Of a stretch of 64,000 nucleotides of DNA, positions 38,057 through 50,054 are shown in pieces. Location: the NCBI GenBank assembly GCA_028534125.1, contig CM052817.1, positions 94,118,001-94,182,000 of the forward strand, read 5' to 3'. The position numbers were made by a program, and so were the translations under genes. This DNA is from Lama glama (Eukaryota). The first letter of the stretch is position 1; the number at the start of each line of letters is the position of its first letter. A model generated the notes under the pieces. It was given only the letters and a program-made list of their open reading frames with translations. It was not told where the DNA came from and searched no databases.

Positions 38057-38486
38057 GTGTCGTGTCTGTCTGGGAGAGCGCTCTGGGAGGTCCCGTCCCA
38101 AGGGGGCGGAGCGCAAGGGGCCGAGGCTCCGGCTCCGCGCCGGGGCAGAGTCCCGAAGAGCCCGAGCGCTGCTGAGGCGGCCGGCGGGACGGCGCGCCTG
38201 GCGGCTGGGCGGGCGCACTGAAGGGAGGCCCGGCCGCGGCCCCTGCCCCGAGGTGTTGGCCTCGGCGGCGCGTTGGCCTCGGCGGCTCAGCCCACTTCTA
38301 CTCACGTCAGTGGATCTGCCTCCGGGAGAGAAGCTCGGACGCGGAGAGCCAGCGCTCCCCGTCCGCCCCGTCCGCCCCGTCCGCCCGGGAGACGCCGCCC
38401 CAGAGCTAGCTCCCCGCGGTTGCGCGGCCGTCCGGCGTCGGCGGTGTCGGGAGCGCGCCCGGCCCGGAGTCCGAGAGGCGAGCACC

Positions 38487-38558
38487 ATGAGCGGCGGCGA
38501 AGTGGTCTGCTCGGGATGGCTCCGCAAGTCCCCCCCGGAGAAGAAGTTGAAGCGTTAT
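38487..38558 (+). CDS. GAB1: GRB2-associated binding protein 1, first coding exon (start of PH domain)
   Basis: ATG in context agcaccATGa. The 72 nt encode [24 protein letters not shown], which I recognise as the GAB1 N-terminus (GAB2 begins MSGGGDVVCTGW). A canonical phase-0 donor GTAAGT follows at 38559. Confidence 0.97.
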
Positions 38559-41500
38559 GTAAGTAGAGCACGGCCGCCGCTCCCCTCCCCGGGCAGCTCA
38601 CGCGCGGGCTGCTGCTTCCACTTAGTCCCCATCCCTTTCCCCTGGGCCCCTTCCCCGGCAGGCTTGGGACCCGGGCTGCAAGCTCACTCCCGGGCCTCCG
38701 CTTGGCCGGGCACCTTTCTTCCTCCAGATTCCTGACATCCGCCCATCGGAGGGCCCGGCATTGCCAGCTGAACGCCCGTTGCATGTTTTTAGTATTCTTT
38801 TTAGCAGGGGTGAGGTGGGGGGAGAGCATTCTCCTTTCATTATATCTGCATCGAATCCTTCAGGGCTGCGGTCCAGTAAATTTCCCGCACTGGGAAAACC
38901 GCGGAGGTTTTTGAACTCACCAACCCTCTGTTCGGTCCGCGTTCCCTCCCGCCTTCCCCTGGAGTTGTTAGCGGGAAGCGGGCGGGGGACCTGGGAATTT
39001 GGCTTTAGAGACGAGCATCTCAGATCCGCGCACAGGGAAAGAAAAAAAATTATTACGCGCCCTACCGTTTGCCTAGCAGGGTTCACATTTTCGCGGTTTG
39101 GAATCAAGGGACATTGGAGTTTGGCCTGAGAGCTTTGGCAGTTTGCTGCAGGAGGAGCGCGCTGGGGGGAGCCTGGTGGCTGATGCTTGGACGCTTTGGA
39201 CGCGCTGTCAAGCCCCGCAGGAGGGAACAGCTGAGGCCAGGCAGGATTTCTGTGTCTTGTGGCCTTTCCCAGGCCACCAGGGCTGCTTCATGGTATTTGA
39301 GTAATTGATACAAGATGCTGATTATGTGTTAAAACGTTTTAGCTGTTACGGAAAAAAATTCCTTGAAAGAACCAACCTTACTTTGATGGACATCTGTGTC
39401 CTCTTCAGGGGTCTGAGAGCTTATCCCCTTCTCCCCCACTGGTTCTTTTGTCGCTGCCCCCTGCAAAGGAAAGAAATGACACTTTTGCCCTGGCATGTGG
39501 AGCAAGTATTTTTCTAGTAAAGTATGTTTCGGAAGCAAAATGCATGCCCTTTTAAATATAAGTTGACTACCAGGGGGGCGACACTTTCCAATGGAACCTG
39601 TTTCTTGTTAAAGGATATCTACACCCAGTAAGAGAGCTCGAGTTAATCCTATTAGTCACTGTTTGCATGCATAGAATCGAGTGAAGTGCCATATTTAACT
39701 TCACCGACAACTCACCAGTGAGTTTCTGGTTTTCTTTCTGCCAGAATTTGTTATAGACAAGTAATTCTCATTTAAGGACTTGATGCCACAAATCCTAAGA
39801 AAGTTCTCCAGAGATTTTGAATCCTTCCAAATCCTTCCTCTCCACCATCACAGTTTGCCTGAATGTTCTGGTAAATATGCTAACTTTATTCCAGGAATTG
39901 GAGAGAGGCAGTGTTTTTCAGCTGAGTTCTAAATAGGAGGTGGTATGTGTGTGAGAAGAGGGGATAGGGTGACCGAGAGATGTATTTGTTTTGAGAAGGC
40001 ATGGTTTGGGAAAGTCATAGACTTAAATGACTGGGTTCTTGGGGGAACTAAAGAGCATGACATTAGCTGAAATAGGTAGTGATAATAGAGGTTTAATGTG
40101 TCCTTTAATGTGATTGGTTTATGGCTCTCAAAAGATGCTGAGCAGTGGACTAGGCACCATGAGGAAAAAAGCCATGCCTTTCAGGCTTGCAATTTAATGT
40201 AATGCAAACCAGGAAGAAAATCAGCCCAAAAGATTATGTCTTAACAGTGACCAAAAAACGGGGGCATTTAAGTTTTAAAAAATTTATGATTTCATTTGAG
40301 CATTACAATGTTTTATGAGGTTGGTATCATCTGTTTAACAGATGACAACACAGTTTGCAGAACCAGAGCATGCCAGAGGCCAGATATGAACCTAGATCTG
40401 CCCAACTGACCAGGCTTTAAAAGGGTAATGACACTCCCCTAGTTCATTTCAAGTGGCGCTCAGGCTGGGTCATCTGTCAAGGGCCTTTTTGTGAGTCGGT
40501 GGATGTTGGTTGAGCAGCATGCATGCCAGGAAGAGGCGGGCTGTGGATCAGAGGTGCAGGCTTGAAGGAACAGAAGCTGAGCCTGTGGAGAAGGAGCCAG
40601 CAACGCGGAGTGGTTTCTGATTGTGTGCCCAAGCTGAACACTAGAGGTGTTTTCAGAGATGTTTAGAGGAACAAGCTGAATGCAGCCTGAAACCATCGGA
40701 AGACTTTAGAGAGACAGCAGGGTCCCTCAGTTGTCATCAACAGAGGGAAGAATATGCTTACCAGCTGAGGAGGGGCAGGGTTTTCCTTGCCTGCCGGAGT
40801 GCTGGAGTTTTCTTTCCACAGTAGTGAAGTGGGTGGAGATGACCCAGGGAGACCGTGGGCAGGGTGACCATTAGAACTGAGAAGTCCAAGAGGGTGACTG
40901 GAGCCTTATAAGTTAAAATGAGGCTCGTCTTCTATTTACCCTGTCATGTTGGTTGCCCAAAAGATTTTGATTTTCCCAGGTGATTGCTGTTTGGCTGGGT
41001 ATCCAATTTAGGTAATTTTTGTTAGAGCGGCTTTGCCCCTCAAAAACAGAGGCATCTCCTATGCTTGTTTTGTTTTCACGTAAAATCTTTATTTTCTAGA
41101 TGAAAGGAAACATCGTTGGCCACCCAGTAGGCAAATGGTGCTTGATAATAGCTTTGAATGAAGGGGTTTGCTGTGATAAGATACCTCGGATGTGTGGGAC
41201 TATCATTGTCAAATGTGACTTCAGGGAGTTTGTGCCTTGATTCTGCTGGGGAACATTTGGCCCAGGAGACTTGGACAGTTGTCTCGCTGTTTACAATATT
41301 TATAGGGTAGTCCAAGCATTGGTTAAGATGATCCATAAGGAGTGTCAGGAAATTGTTTCAGTTTTGTCTTTAAAGGCATTGCAAGTTATGGCCCCAATGC
41401 ATCTCACTTACAATTCCATTTTATGTTTACTGTTTCATAGTCAGCGGCGTTGTTTTTGCACACTAGTGTGTTCATCTGATATGGACACTTTTCTTGAATT

Positions 41501-43539
41501 TCCTAAAGAGTGTGAAAGTGGCGTGAAAGAGAGGGGAAGACTAGTGAGTAGATTCTCTAGTCTTTTTGTCTTTTTTTTTCCCCCCTGTATTTATTTGCAA
41601 AAGAGTAACAACCTCTTGTCTGTGTTCCGTCCTCTGAATTTTTTCAAGTCTACTTAACTGGAGGTGAAATTTTTCATGCTTTCAGTCTTGCTACTACTGT
41701 GTTGCTGTTCTCATCCTGTGTTCTATATTAAACAGCTGCTTTTTTACTCTGTTAAGGACCTGAGTAGAATCATGTACAGATCAGCATCTTTAGAGTTACA
41801 GAAAACAAGTCAACTCTTGGTAGTATGCACTCAACAGTGGCGCTCAGATTTTTTTAAAGAGCTATTTAAAGAAAAAGCAGCCCTTTGAAATAATGGTGAA
41901 ATTTTCATCAGGACTTGAAATTTTAGCTGAGATAAAATGTAAGTCTGAGAACAAAGGATTGCTTCAAGCCAGCTCCCATATCTCTTCAGGGAGAGCGTCC
42001 CCATGGCCTGCCCCAAGCCCAGACAGCAAGTTTGGACTCCTCCATGGCCCAGCTGTCCGCATGGGGCAGGTGTGCAGTCTCAGCAGGAGAACCTGCTTCT
42101 GAGGCCAGAGCAAGGTGGCCTGCTAGCTGTCAGCTGGCCAGCTCTTGGGTGTGTAATCTGTAATCTGCACCCAGCCTGGGCTCTGGTCTTCAGCTGTCAG
42201 GGAGTAGGATGGTTCTTGTCTGGACTTCCAGAACCCAACCCTGGTTCTTGGAATGGGCTCAGAAACAGAAATAGCCTCTGCCTCTTGGACAGGGAGGGGG
42301 CACCTGACATCTTACTTGGCAGAGAGAGGAGTGGAGAAGGCAGAATAACAGCATCTCCTTGGTTCAAGGACAGCCCAAGATCTGTGCTAAGCATTACGTC
42401 CCTGCCCCATCATGTCCCTACAACGAAGAGCACTGTGATGTCTGGAAGCTCTTCCTGCCCTTTTTTGGCAATTACCAGTAGCAGTCAACAGATTCTGAAG
42501 CTTTTGCTTACAGTGGCTGAAGGAGCATAATTATGCTGTTGAAGGAAATTTTTTCTTGCAACCCTAGCAGTGAACATTCCATTCAAATTTCTAATGTCTT
42601 CTCTTTACCTTTTCCAGGAAGGCAGGAGCATTGTTGCTCTTAGGAGCTAGCAATTACATTAAGTCTTTATGGAAGTTAATGATAGTTAATTCTTTTGTTG
42701 TACCTGGGCTTAGTGATAAGTACCAAACTCTCCACATAAAACTGGCTGAATCCCTAAATCTGATTGTTGTCTCTTGGGATTCAAATTTCTGTGAGGAAGG
42801 TGTATCAGTTTGGAAGTAGTTTCGGAATTCTGCTGTTTAAAAAAAATTTTTTTTGAATTGATCATCTTCAAACAGATACAGCAGTATGGCAAGAATTATA
42901 CTTGGATATTCTGCTTGACAGCTGAATCGGTTATTTCAGTGTGTTTTGCCATAATAAGTCTGCTTTAAAAATAGGAAAGAAATACAATGGCAGAGCACTT
43001 TTAAGTCTAAATAAAATTGCATATTTTGTGGTTGACATGAAAAGCATGTAGATAAGGTCTTGATTTGCAGATTGAGGAAGTTTAAGAGGTGACTAAGTGC
43101 CAGCGCTCCTAGTTTTCTTACAGAGACACACACTAGCGGGGACATTGTAGCAGGTGGGTTACTGCTTTGTATTTGAAGGGTTTCGGGGAAATTGTGCTGT
43201 GGTGGAAGGAACCCTGGACCAAGTGTCAGGACCCAGGATTCGCCTTGGCTTTGCCGCTTCCCCCATGCTCTTTGGACCCTTCTGATCCAAAGTTTCCTTA
43301 TCTGTAAAATGTGGAAGGGTGGGCAAGACATCTACATTCTAAACTCTCCTGCCATCTAATACTCCTCTTCTCAGATGTTTCATTGAAAGGGAGGGTGGAT
43401 GAGAAGTTTCTCCGTAGGCCTCCTTCTTTGGGGAAATAAATCTTCATTTCTTGTTCATCTTAAATAATCTAGTGAATGTATTAGAACTGATTAGGCAGAA
43501 TTCTTTGGGACCCTCCAGCCATCCCTTAATGAGATGCAG

Positions 43540-43900
43540 GCTCACAGAGCCCAGGGCTGCGCAGTGCCTGTGCTGGGTGCTGTGTCTGTTACAGAGCGGA
43601 GGCTCACCAAGGTATCTGTTGACTGAATAAATAAACAGGTGTTTCTGGAGCTTTTGTAAATGTACCATGTGTGGAATACAGTGGTGGGAAAGGCCCACTC
43701 CCGACCTGTAAGGAGTTTCTAATCTATTTGTGAAGACAGGCTATAAATTGCATGTTCCTTTAAATCATTTTATAAGAGCTATGTTTATAAGGCCATGCAT
43801 GATTAATTGCCAGATGGATGATACAGACAACAATTGCTTATGAGTTCAGACTGAGAGGGGAAGGCGATGGGGGCTGCCAGAGAAGGCTTCACAGGTGAAC
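43540..43900. mobile_element. Two LINE-2 3' ends arranged tail-to-tail (+ then -)
   Basis: Left copy ends ...ggctcaccaaggtatctgttgactgaataaat; right copy aacaggtgtttctggagc...tgtacca...ggaatacagtggtg...aaggagtttctaatcta...gaagacag. Confidence 0.65.
43588..43666 (+). ncRNA. MIR3139: L2-derived hairpin, positional orthologue of human pre-miR-3139 (expression unknown)
   Basis: ...GGCTCACCAAGGTATCTGTTGACTGAATAAATAAACAGGTGTTTCTGGAGCTTTTGTAAATGTACC closely resembles hsa-mir-3139 as I recall it, which lies in GAB1 intron 1. It is formed by two tail-to-tail L2 3' ends. Confidence 0.6.
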
Positions 43901-46900
43901 TTCAGGCTCTATTCTTGGAAGAATCCAGGTACTGCTGACGGAAGTAGTGAAATCGTAAGGGTGGCCTGGTCTTTAAGGAAGAAGGAGGACTTTACTTTGA
44001 GTTTAGACATCCTGGCGAAAAGGATGGAACACCTCCATTTCAGGCGTGGAGTTTGGACTTCAGCTGTTAACCTACAATTTGAGAAGTTCCCGTTTCTGCC
44101 ATGACCTAATGCCCCTTGAGGAGATCCTGACCACGAGTGAATTTTCTGTCCCAGGCTAGAAACAAACCAAACAACCAACCCAGCCTGTCCGGTCACCTGA
44201 ACTTATTAAAATTCCAAGGGACATGTGTTATTTACAATTTCTTTCTGTCTGTTTTAAACGAAATAATTCATTCTGGCAAGCATTTCGTTTACAACAGAGA
44301 GGGAGCATGTTCTGGTGGGAGGGAGAATAAAAGAGCCTTTGATTCGATTGCTTCTGAGTTCCAGCAGGAGGGCCCGCGCCGCCTTGGGCTAGCGTCTTAT
44401 TTTGGACTTGGGAAGCCATCTTAGCCCAGCTGTGTGAGTGCCAGCTCGTGTTGGAGGGAAGAGAATAACACCATTGGATCACGTTAAACCCCTGCTGCCT
44501 GTCGATGGAAGGGTTTCTCTCATTTCACATTCCTGGCATTAACTTGGTGGCTCATTTCCCCCAAGTCAGAGCTCCATCTGAATTTGCCATTTGAACTTGG
44601 ATTGAAGTCATGAGGTTCCTGTGACTCTATCTCGGCTGGTCTGTCGACTGAGTACAGGAAACTTACCAAGTCCCTGGTCTCTTTCGGCTCCCCCTCTTTG
44701 GCCACCCCAAGGGCACAAATAAAATCAGCATTCTTCTCTTCTTTAGACCACTCCTGGGGAGATGTGGCCCATTGTACCTTGGATTTCCACGGTCATTAAA
44801 TCAGTAGCCTCTTCGATTGCCAACTAAATGGCTGGGGGAACCTTAATGAATTGTAGATGGCAGCTCAGGCCTGTGGAATTACAGGGAAAAGTCATTTTGG
44901 GAACCAGAAGTTTGGACCATTCCAGGCTTGTCTATGTGAGCACCTTAAGTCAGACACGAATGCCTTAACTGGGGAAAAAAAAAGAATCTTTTCTGTTTTA
45001 AGCAATTCTTTTATTTACAGCAACAAAATGCTCCCTAACTGAAGAGGAAAATTCTCATTGCTGAATGTGTCTAAAGTAGAACCTAATTGCTTTCGACCCT
45101 CCCACAGCCTGCTTTACAAAAAAAAATAGTTAAGGCTCTCCACTGAAATGCATGCTTGGTCGTTATCTCGGTTACATTAGCCCTTGAAGCAGTCTGATTA
45201 CAACTTCTAGCTGCCAAGCCCTGTCCTGCAGCATTATCTGGAGCAGAAATTTTCCATGTGGTTGTTTTTAGCAGAGCAACTATATGCACACTGCCCGGGG
45301 AAGATGTAAGTTGCAAAGAAACAGAGCTGCTAGAAGGGGAAATGTGAGTGATCTTAATTTTTTTCCTACTGTTTAATTGTTCCTTCCTTTCCGTGTGTTT
45401 TAGGAGTTTTTTATCCTGTTTCTAAACTGAGTTTTCTTTTATTTTTATATACTGGAAAGAATGCCAAATGTACCACGAGTTTTTCTTACAGTGGTGTTTT
45501 TTCTTCTCGCAGCTTTTTTCTTTGAATTCAAACTTGGCCTAGGTAATTCCCTGTGATTAAAAAAAAAACACAATGTCCTAAAAGGGAAAAAGCAAATGGG
45601 TACATTGTTCCATGAATTAAAAACAATATACGGAGAGTCCAAACATTTCTCTTCAATGTAAAAATCTTAGGTTTTTTTTTTTTGAAAGGAAGAAAAATAC
45701 TAAACTTTGCTTTAACTATCCTGTTCATTGTTTTTCTTTTCCCTTTCTTATTTATTTTCCTTTGTTTTGACTCATGTAGTTAAAAAAATTTTTTTTGGAA
45801 AAGTTTTCTATGTTGTTCTTCTTAAGGAACGTCACACATGGAAAAAGAAAACGTCAAAATTCCATTTTACATTTCATCTTCTGGTCTGAAAAAGGGAAAA
45901 AGTGTCAGTTAACTGACTTCATGTTGCTTGGTTGAATTGAATATTTGTCATTATTGCCTAGAAATAATTTAGCTATTATATGTAGGTAAATATAATTTTG
46001 CTTTTGTGAAATTAAAAAATGCAGACAGTAGCATCAGGAGAAGATTGAGAAGTCAGTCTATTTCTCTTGTCATTTTTATCATTGTATTTAATACCTCAGT
46101 TAGTCAGTTGCTATAAAATTTTATCTGCTAACTTTTTTAAGTGGGAGAGAGGTAAAAAAGCTCTCCTTTCCCCAGGGGTCCCTGCCCCCCTTGTCCTTTT
46201 CCTCCTTGTTTTCACTTCTTCCTCTGATCTAGAAGCCTCGCCACTAACATCACAAGGTATTTGTGTCAAAATCATTGCACACACATTCTTTCACCTTTTC
46301 TCTAAAAAGGGGGAGTTATCTATGTCCTGAGACGTGGTAGTCAGGACTAGGACTCATTCTATTCCACCCAGCGTGTAGACTGTTTTTCTCTCCTGAAATG
46401 CAGTTTTTAGTTACTGCTGTGCTGGGAAATGCGGTCAGGCCACTTTCTGACTAGCAGAACTCCTCCCTGAAATGACTACCTGGGTAAAGAATTAAGTACC
46501 TGGTGTGCTTTCTCAGCTCCAGCTCATCACACATTCCCATCAGTGCCTCGGCCAGTCAGAGAAGCCAAGAGGAAAATGCTTCTGGTTGGAAGGATGACTA
46601 CTTGACTTAGCGGGAGAAAAAGGCTTTCGTCTTTGACTCTTGGAACAGCAACACTTGGTAAAATGCTACCTCCAGTGGTTGAATTCCAGTGGTGTTACGA
46701 AGACCTTGACGAGGAATGCTGCCCTCATTCAGTTAGGGGAGAAGTATTTGAACCCCTTACCTTCGGGCAAAGTTATAATTGACCCCAAAGTCATGTAGGA
46801 GGATTGGATTTTACAGGCCTTCCCTGACAATTTCAGATTTCGGTGTTTGAAGTATTGGAAAAAAGGTAAAGGAAATACTGAGCTAGTAAGAATGCAAAAT

Positions 46901-48359
46901 ATTTGGGAAGTTAATTTATTCCTGTTACATAAAACCAAAGCCTTCACAGGGTATACAGATACATGATTTCTCTCTAAAGAAAAGTGCACAGAATTAAACT
47001 GATGCTGTTGAACAGTGTTCTTTTTTTCTTTCCCTTCATTTAAGCAGTGAAGTAGTCAAAACAGGAAAAGCATGCCTGGTGTATTTTTATTTTAAATATA
47101 GTTTTTCTCTATGATTTTCGTAATGACCCACAGTATACATAGTAGAAGGTGTGTACACATGATCTGTTTACAGAGAAAATTGTGGCTTCATTTATCATTC
47201 TTTGATGTTTGTAATAGGATATTAATTTCCAGAGGACAAAGGCTGCATTTGTTCTGTGTCTAAACTGTGCAGTGTGGTACCTGGCACAGTCTCTCGAAGA
47301 GCGTGACCAAAGAGTTGTAGAATTTTAAGCCCAAAATTATAAATCATCAAGTTCAATGTTTCTCAACCTTTTCCAACCCATTTCTCTATCGTGCATTGTT
47401 TGAGTGTCCTGTGTTTTATAATCTAGTTTTATTTTCTGCGATTCGCATTCCAAAAACAACAGCTATATTAAATACCTTTCCCAGTCACGCATATCTCCTT
47501 CTCCCCTAGCTGAGAGGCCAACCTCCTCTTTTTACAGGGAATGAAAATTAGCCTCTGGGAGACTAATTGATTTGTCCGAGGTCATAGAGGTTAACCAGCT
47601 GTTCTAGCAGGGCCAGATCTGTCACCTCTCAGGTCAGACCCTTCAGCCCTCGAGGGAGTGCCTGCTGAGAACAAGTTGCTGCCAAGAATTCAGAAACAGA
47701 CCGAGAAGGCACTGTCTCCACCTTTCAGGAGTGTATGTGCTACTAGGGACACAGGATGCACTGAGTACTGCAAATTGTATTATGATCTGTGACGTGTGAG
47801 GCCAGACTCTAGACGAATTCAGCCGAGATGCGGAACACTGGCAATCCCCTCCCCATTCGGTAGAGGGGGGTGAATTCTGGGATCCTTTTAAAATTTCATG
47901 ATGGTGGCAAGAGAGATTTCACCAGGACCTTAAAAGATGGATTCATTTTCAGAGATGAGGCTAGGGTGAGACTGTCTCTGTTCCTACCTTTTCCAGCCAG
48001 ACTCCTGGGTGGGTTGTACACACGAGGCTGCCCCCACTGTTGGAGATGACCAATCCATCTTCTCCAAACATGTCCCCTCTTGGGCCTTCCTGATCCCAGG
48101 CTCTGGTGTCCGAAAGCGTTGGAGTTCCGAAGGATTCTGGTGTTGCTAGCCCCGGATGGTCCCTCCTCCCAGCTCTCACTGTTAGTGGGTCACCATCCAT
48201 CGTGAGTTCATAAACTTTTCTGAAAATCTGATAAAAGCTTCATGTTCTCCATTCCCCCAGAATTCTGACAAACAGACATGCAAACATTATTATCGTCTTG
48301 CATGTGTTCTATCTCATCTTTAAAGTCCGTCTGTGGGTCTTAAAGGCCAGTTAAATTGC

Positions 48360-49250
48360 CTCTGAATTATATGTAGATGATCTGAAGATGCTGTTTCAGC
48401 CCATTTCTCACACCCCATCTCTGGATCTGACTGCTTAGACCCCCGCAGCAATGCGGAGCTGGTCTGCCCACTGCAGGTTTTCCCGTCCTCTCCCTCAGCC
48501 CCGCCCTCTTACTGTTCCCTCTCTGTCAATCACGCCACCATCCCTTCCCCAGTGCCTTACACCATATGGTTTTCTTTGTTCTCTTCTCATTCTCCACACC
48601 CAGTGAGCAAATCCTGGCGGTTTTGCCTTCCAAATATCTCTTGACTTACTGACCTGTGTGTGGCCTGAGCTGCCTTTCCCTCCTGCTAGATTCTGCAGTG
48701 GCCTGTCCATCTCCCTGCCTCCGTGCTTGGGCCCCTCCGCACCGTCCTCATCAAGGCAGCCAGCACGGCCTTTGTGGAACACAGACCTGGTAGTCCTGGC
48801 CCCCAGTCTGAGGCTGTTCTGCCGCGTTCCTTTGCTCTGAGGAATGCCTGACCCCTTCTCTTAGCTTGCAGTGCTTTCTGTGATGTGGCCTCTGCACACG
48901 CACCCTCCTCACGCGCGCTCCTCCCCAGCTGTCCTGAACTTCCAGGTCCCAGATTGGCCTGGTGATGGCTCCTGCTGGCCTTGGCATGGGCTCTTCTTTC
49001 CTCCAGGAATCCCTGGCCGTCCCCTCTCTGCCTCCACAACCAGGCTAACGGTGCTTATTCTTCCCTCTTCTCTACCCCCTGTCCCCCACCCCACCCCCGC
49101 CTCCCCTGAACTCATACCACCATCATCACTCACACACCCAGACCCAGTGGGCCGAGGGCATCTGTTCTGTTCTCCTCTGATGCTCTGCTGCACAGCGCCT
49201 GTCACACCGGGTTGTCCTTGTTTATTTAATTCCTTGTCTCCCCTTTCTGT
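48360..49250 (+). mobile_element. LINE-2 fragment
   Basis: tatgtagatgatctgaagat (decayed YADD motif)...cagtgagcaaatcctg...ccttccaaatatctc...gcagtggcct. Confidence 0.65.
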
Positions 49251-49253
49251 GTT

Positions 49254-49512
49254 GGGGCCATGTTGTGATTTTTCCTGCGCCCCAGATACTTTTGCCTTCA
49301 TGGGTGCCCTTCCTCTACAAAAAAAGAAAAATTATATTTTGCAACTGGGTCTGTATTAAGATGAATGTATAGCAAGCTGGATGTGTTATTAGATATTTAT
49401 TATTCTTATTATATTCATTTTTAATTCTAATTTTTTTAAGAAAGGGAAGACATGCTTCATGGGCTCCTAAAAGTCTCATGGGCTCTAGCACCTGATGGAT
49501 ACCTTGGCTCTG
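49254..49512. mobile_element. hAT-Tip100-type MITE (ORSL-like)
   Basis: gggcc...acttttgccttcatgggtgcccttcctc...aaaaattatatttt...tcatgggctcctaaaagt...ggctctg. Confidence 0.55.
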
Positions 49513-49844
49513 TTAAGTGGATGTAAATACTCTGGCAGTAAAGTTGACAGCACAATTCAACACATTGATCATGACAAGGAAAAGTGAGGCGCCCACACAG
49601 TAATTTCCTTATGTGGCACTTTTGTAGTGGCTTGAATAGCTCCTGAAAACCATATTAAGATTTTGTATTGCAGTCCCTGGTAATGGAAAAATATATTTTA
49701 AAAAACAGGATGGTGGACTTCAGAGGTTTATATTTAATATACATGCATGTTTAAAAGCAGAAATCATGAGACTTTCTGATGTCAAAAATGTTCCTTGAGC
49801 TCATTTACTAATACGAACATTTCTTCATAAGGTGTCTGGGTAGA

Positions 49845-50054
49845 GCATGGTTTTGAGTTGGAGGTGATTTTGCCCCCGCCGGGTACACTTGGCAGTGTCT
49901 GGAGATGTTTTTGGTTGTCACAGCTGGGGGTGCTACTGGTGGCTGGTGGGTAGAGGCAGGGCTGCTGTTAAACACTGCATGATGCAGAGGGCAGCCCCGC
50001 AACCAAGAATAACCCAGCCCCCAAATATCAATCGTGCTGGAGGTAGGAAACCCT
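49845..50054. mobile_element. MER20 hAT-Charlie MITE
   Basis: ggtgattttgccccc...ttggcagtgtctggagatgtttttggttgtcaca...gggtagaggcaggg...ccaaatatcaat. Confidence 0.88.

Larger units (their letters stand above)
36860..39230. promoter_or_regulatory. GAB1: CpG island: GAB1 promoter, 5' UTR and start of intron 1
   Basis: Abrupt switch to very GC-rich, CpG-dense sequence around the first coding exon, with many GC boxes and CpG-depleted flanks. The TSS cannot be placed from sequence alone. Confidence 0.93.

Noticed and set aside
37230..38735. 501-aa ORF as a single-exon protein
   Set aside because: Only 24 codons match GAB1. The 3' part reads through the GTAAGT donor into the intron, and the 5' part is low-complexity GC-rich translation.
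37162..38829. Long overlapping minus-strand ORFs (284, 344, 175 aa)
   Set aside because: Arg/Pro/Gly/Ala-rich with no recognisable domain; explained by stop-codon scarcity in a CpG island.
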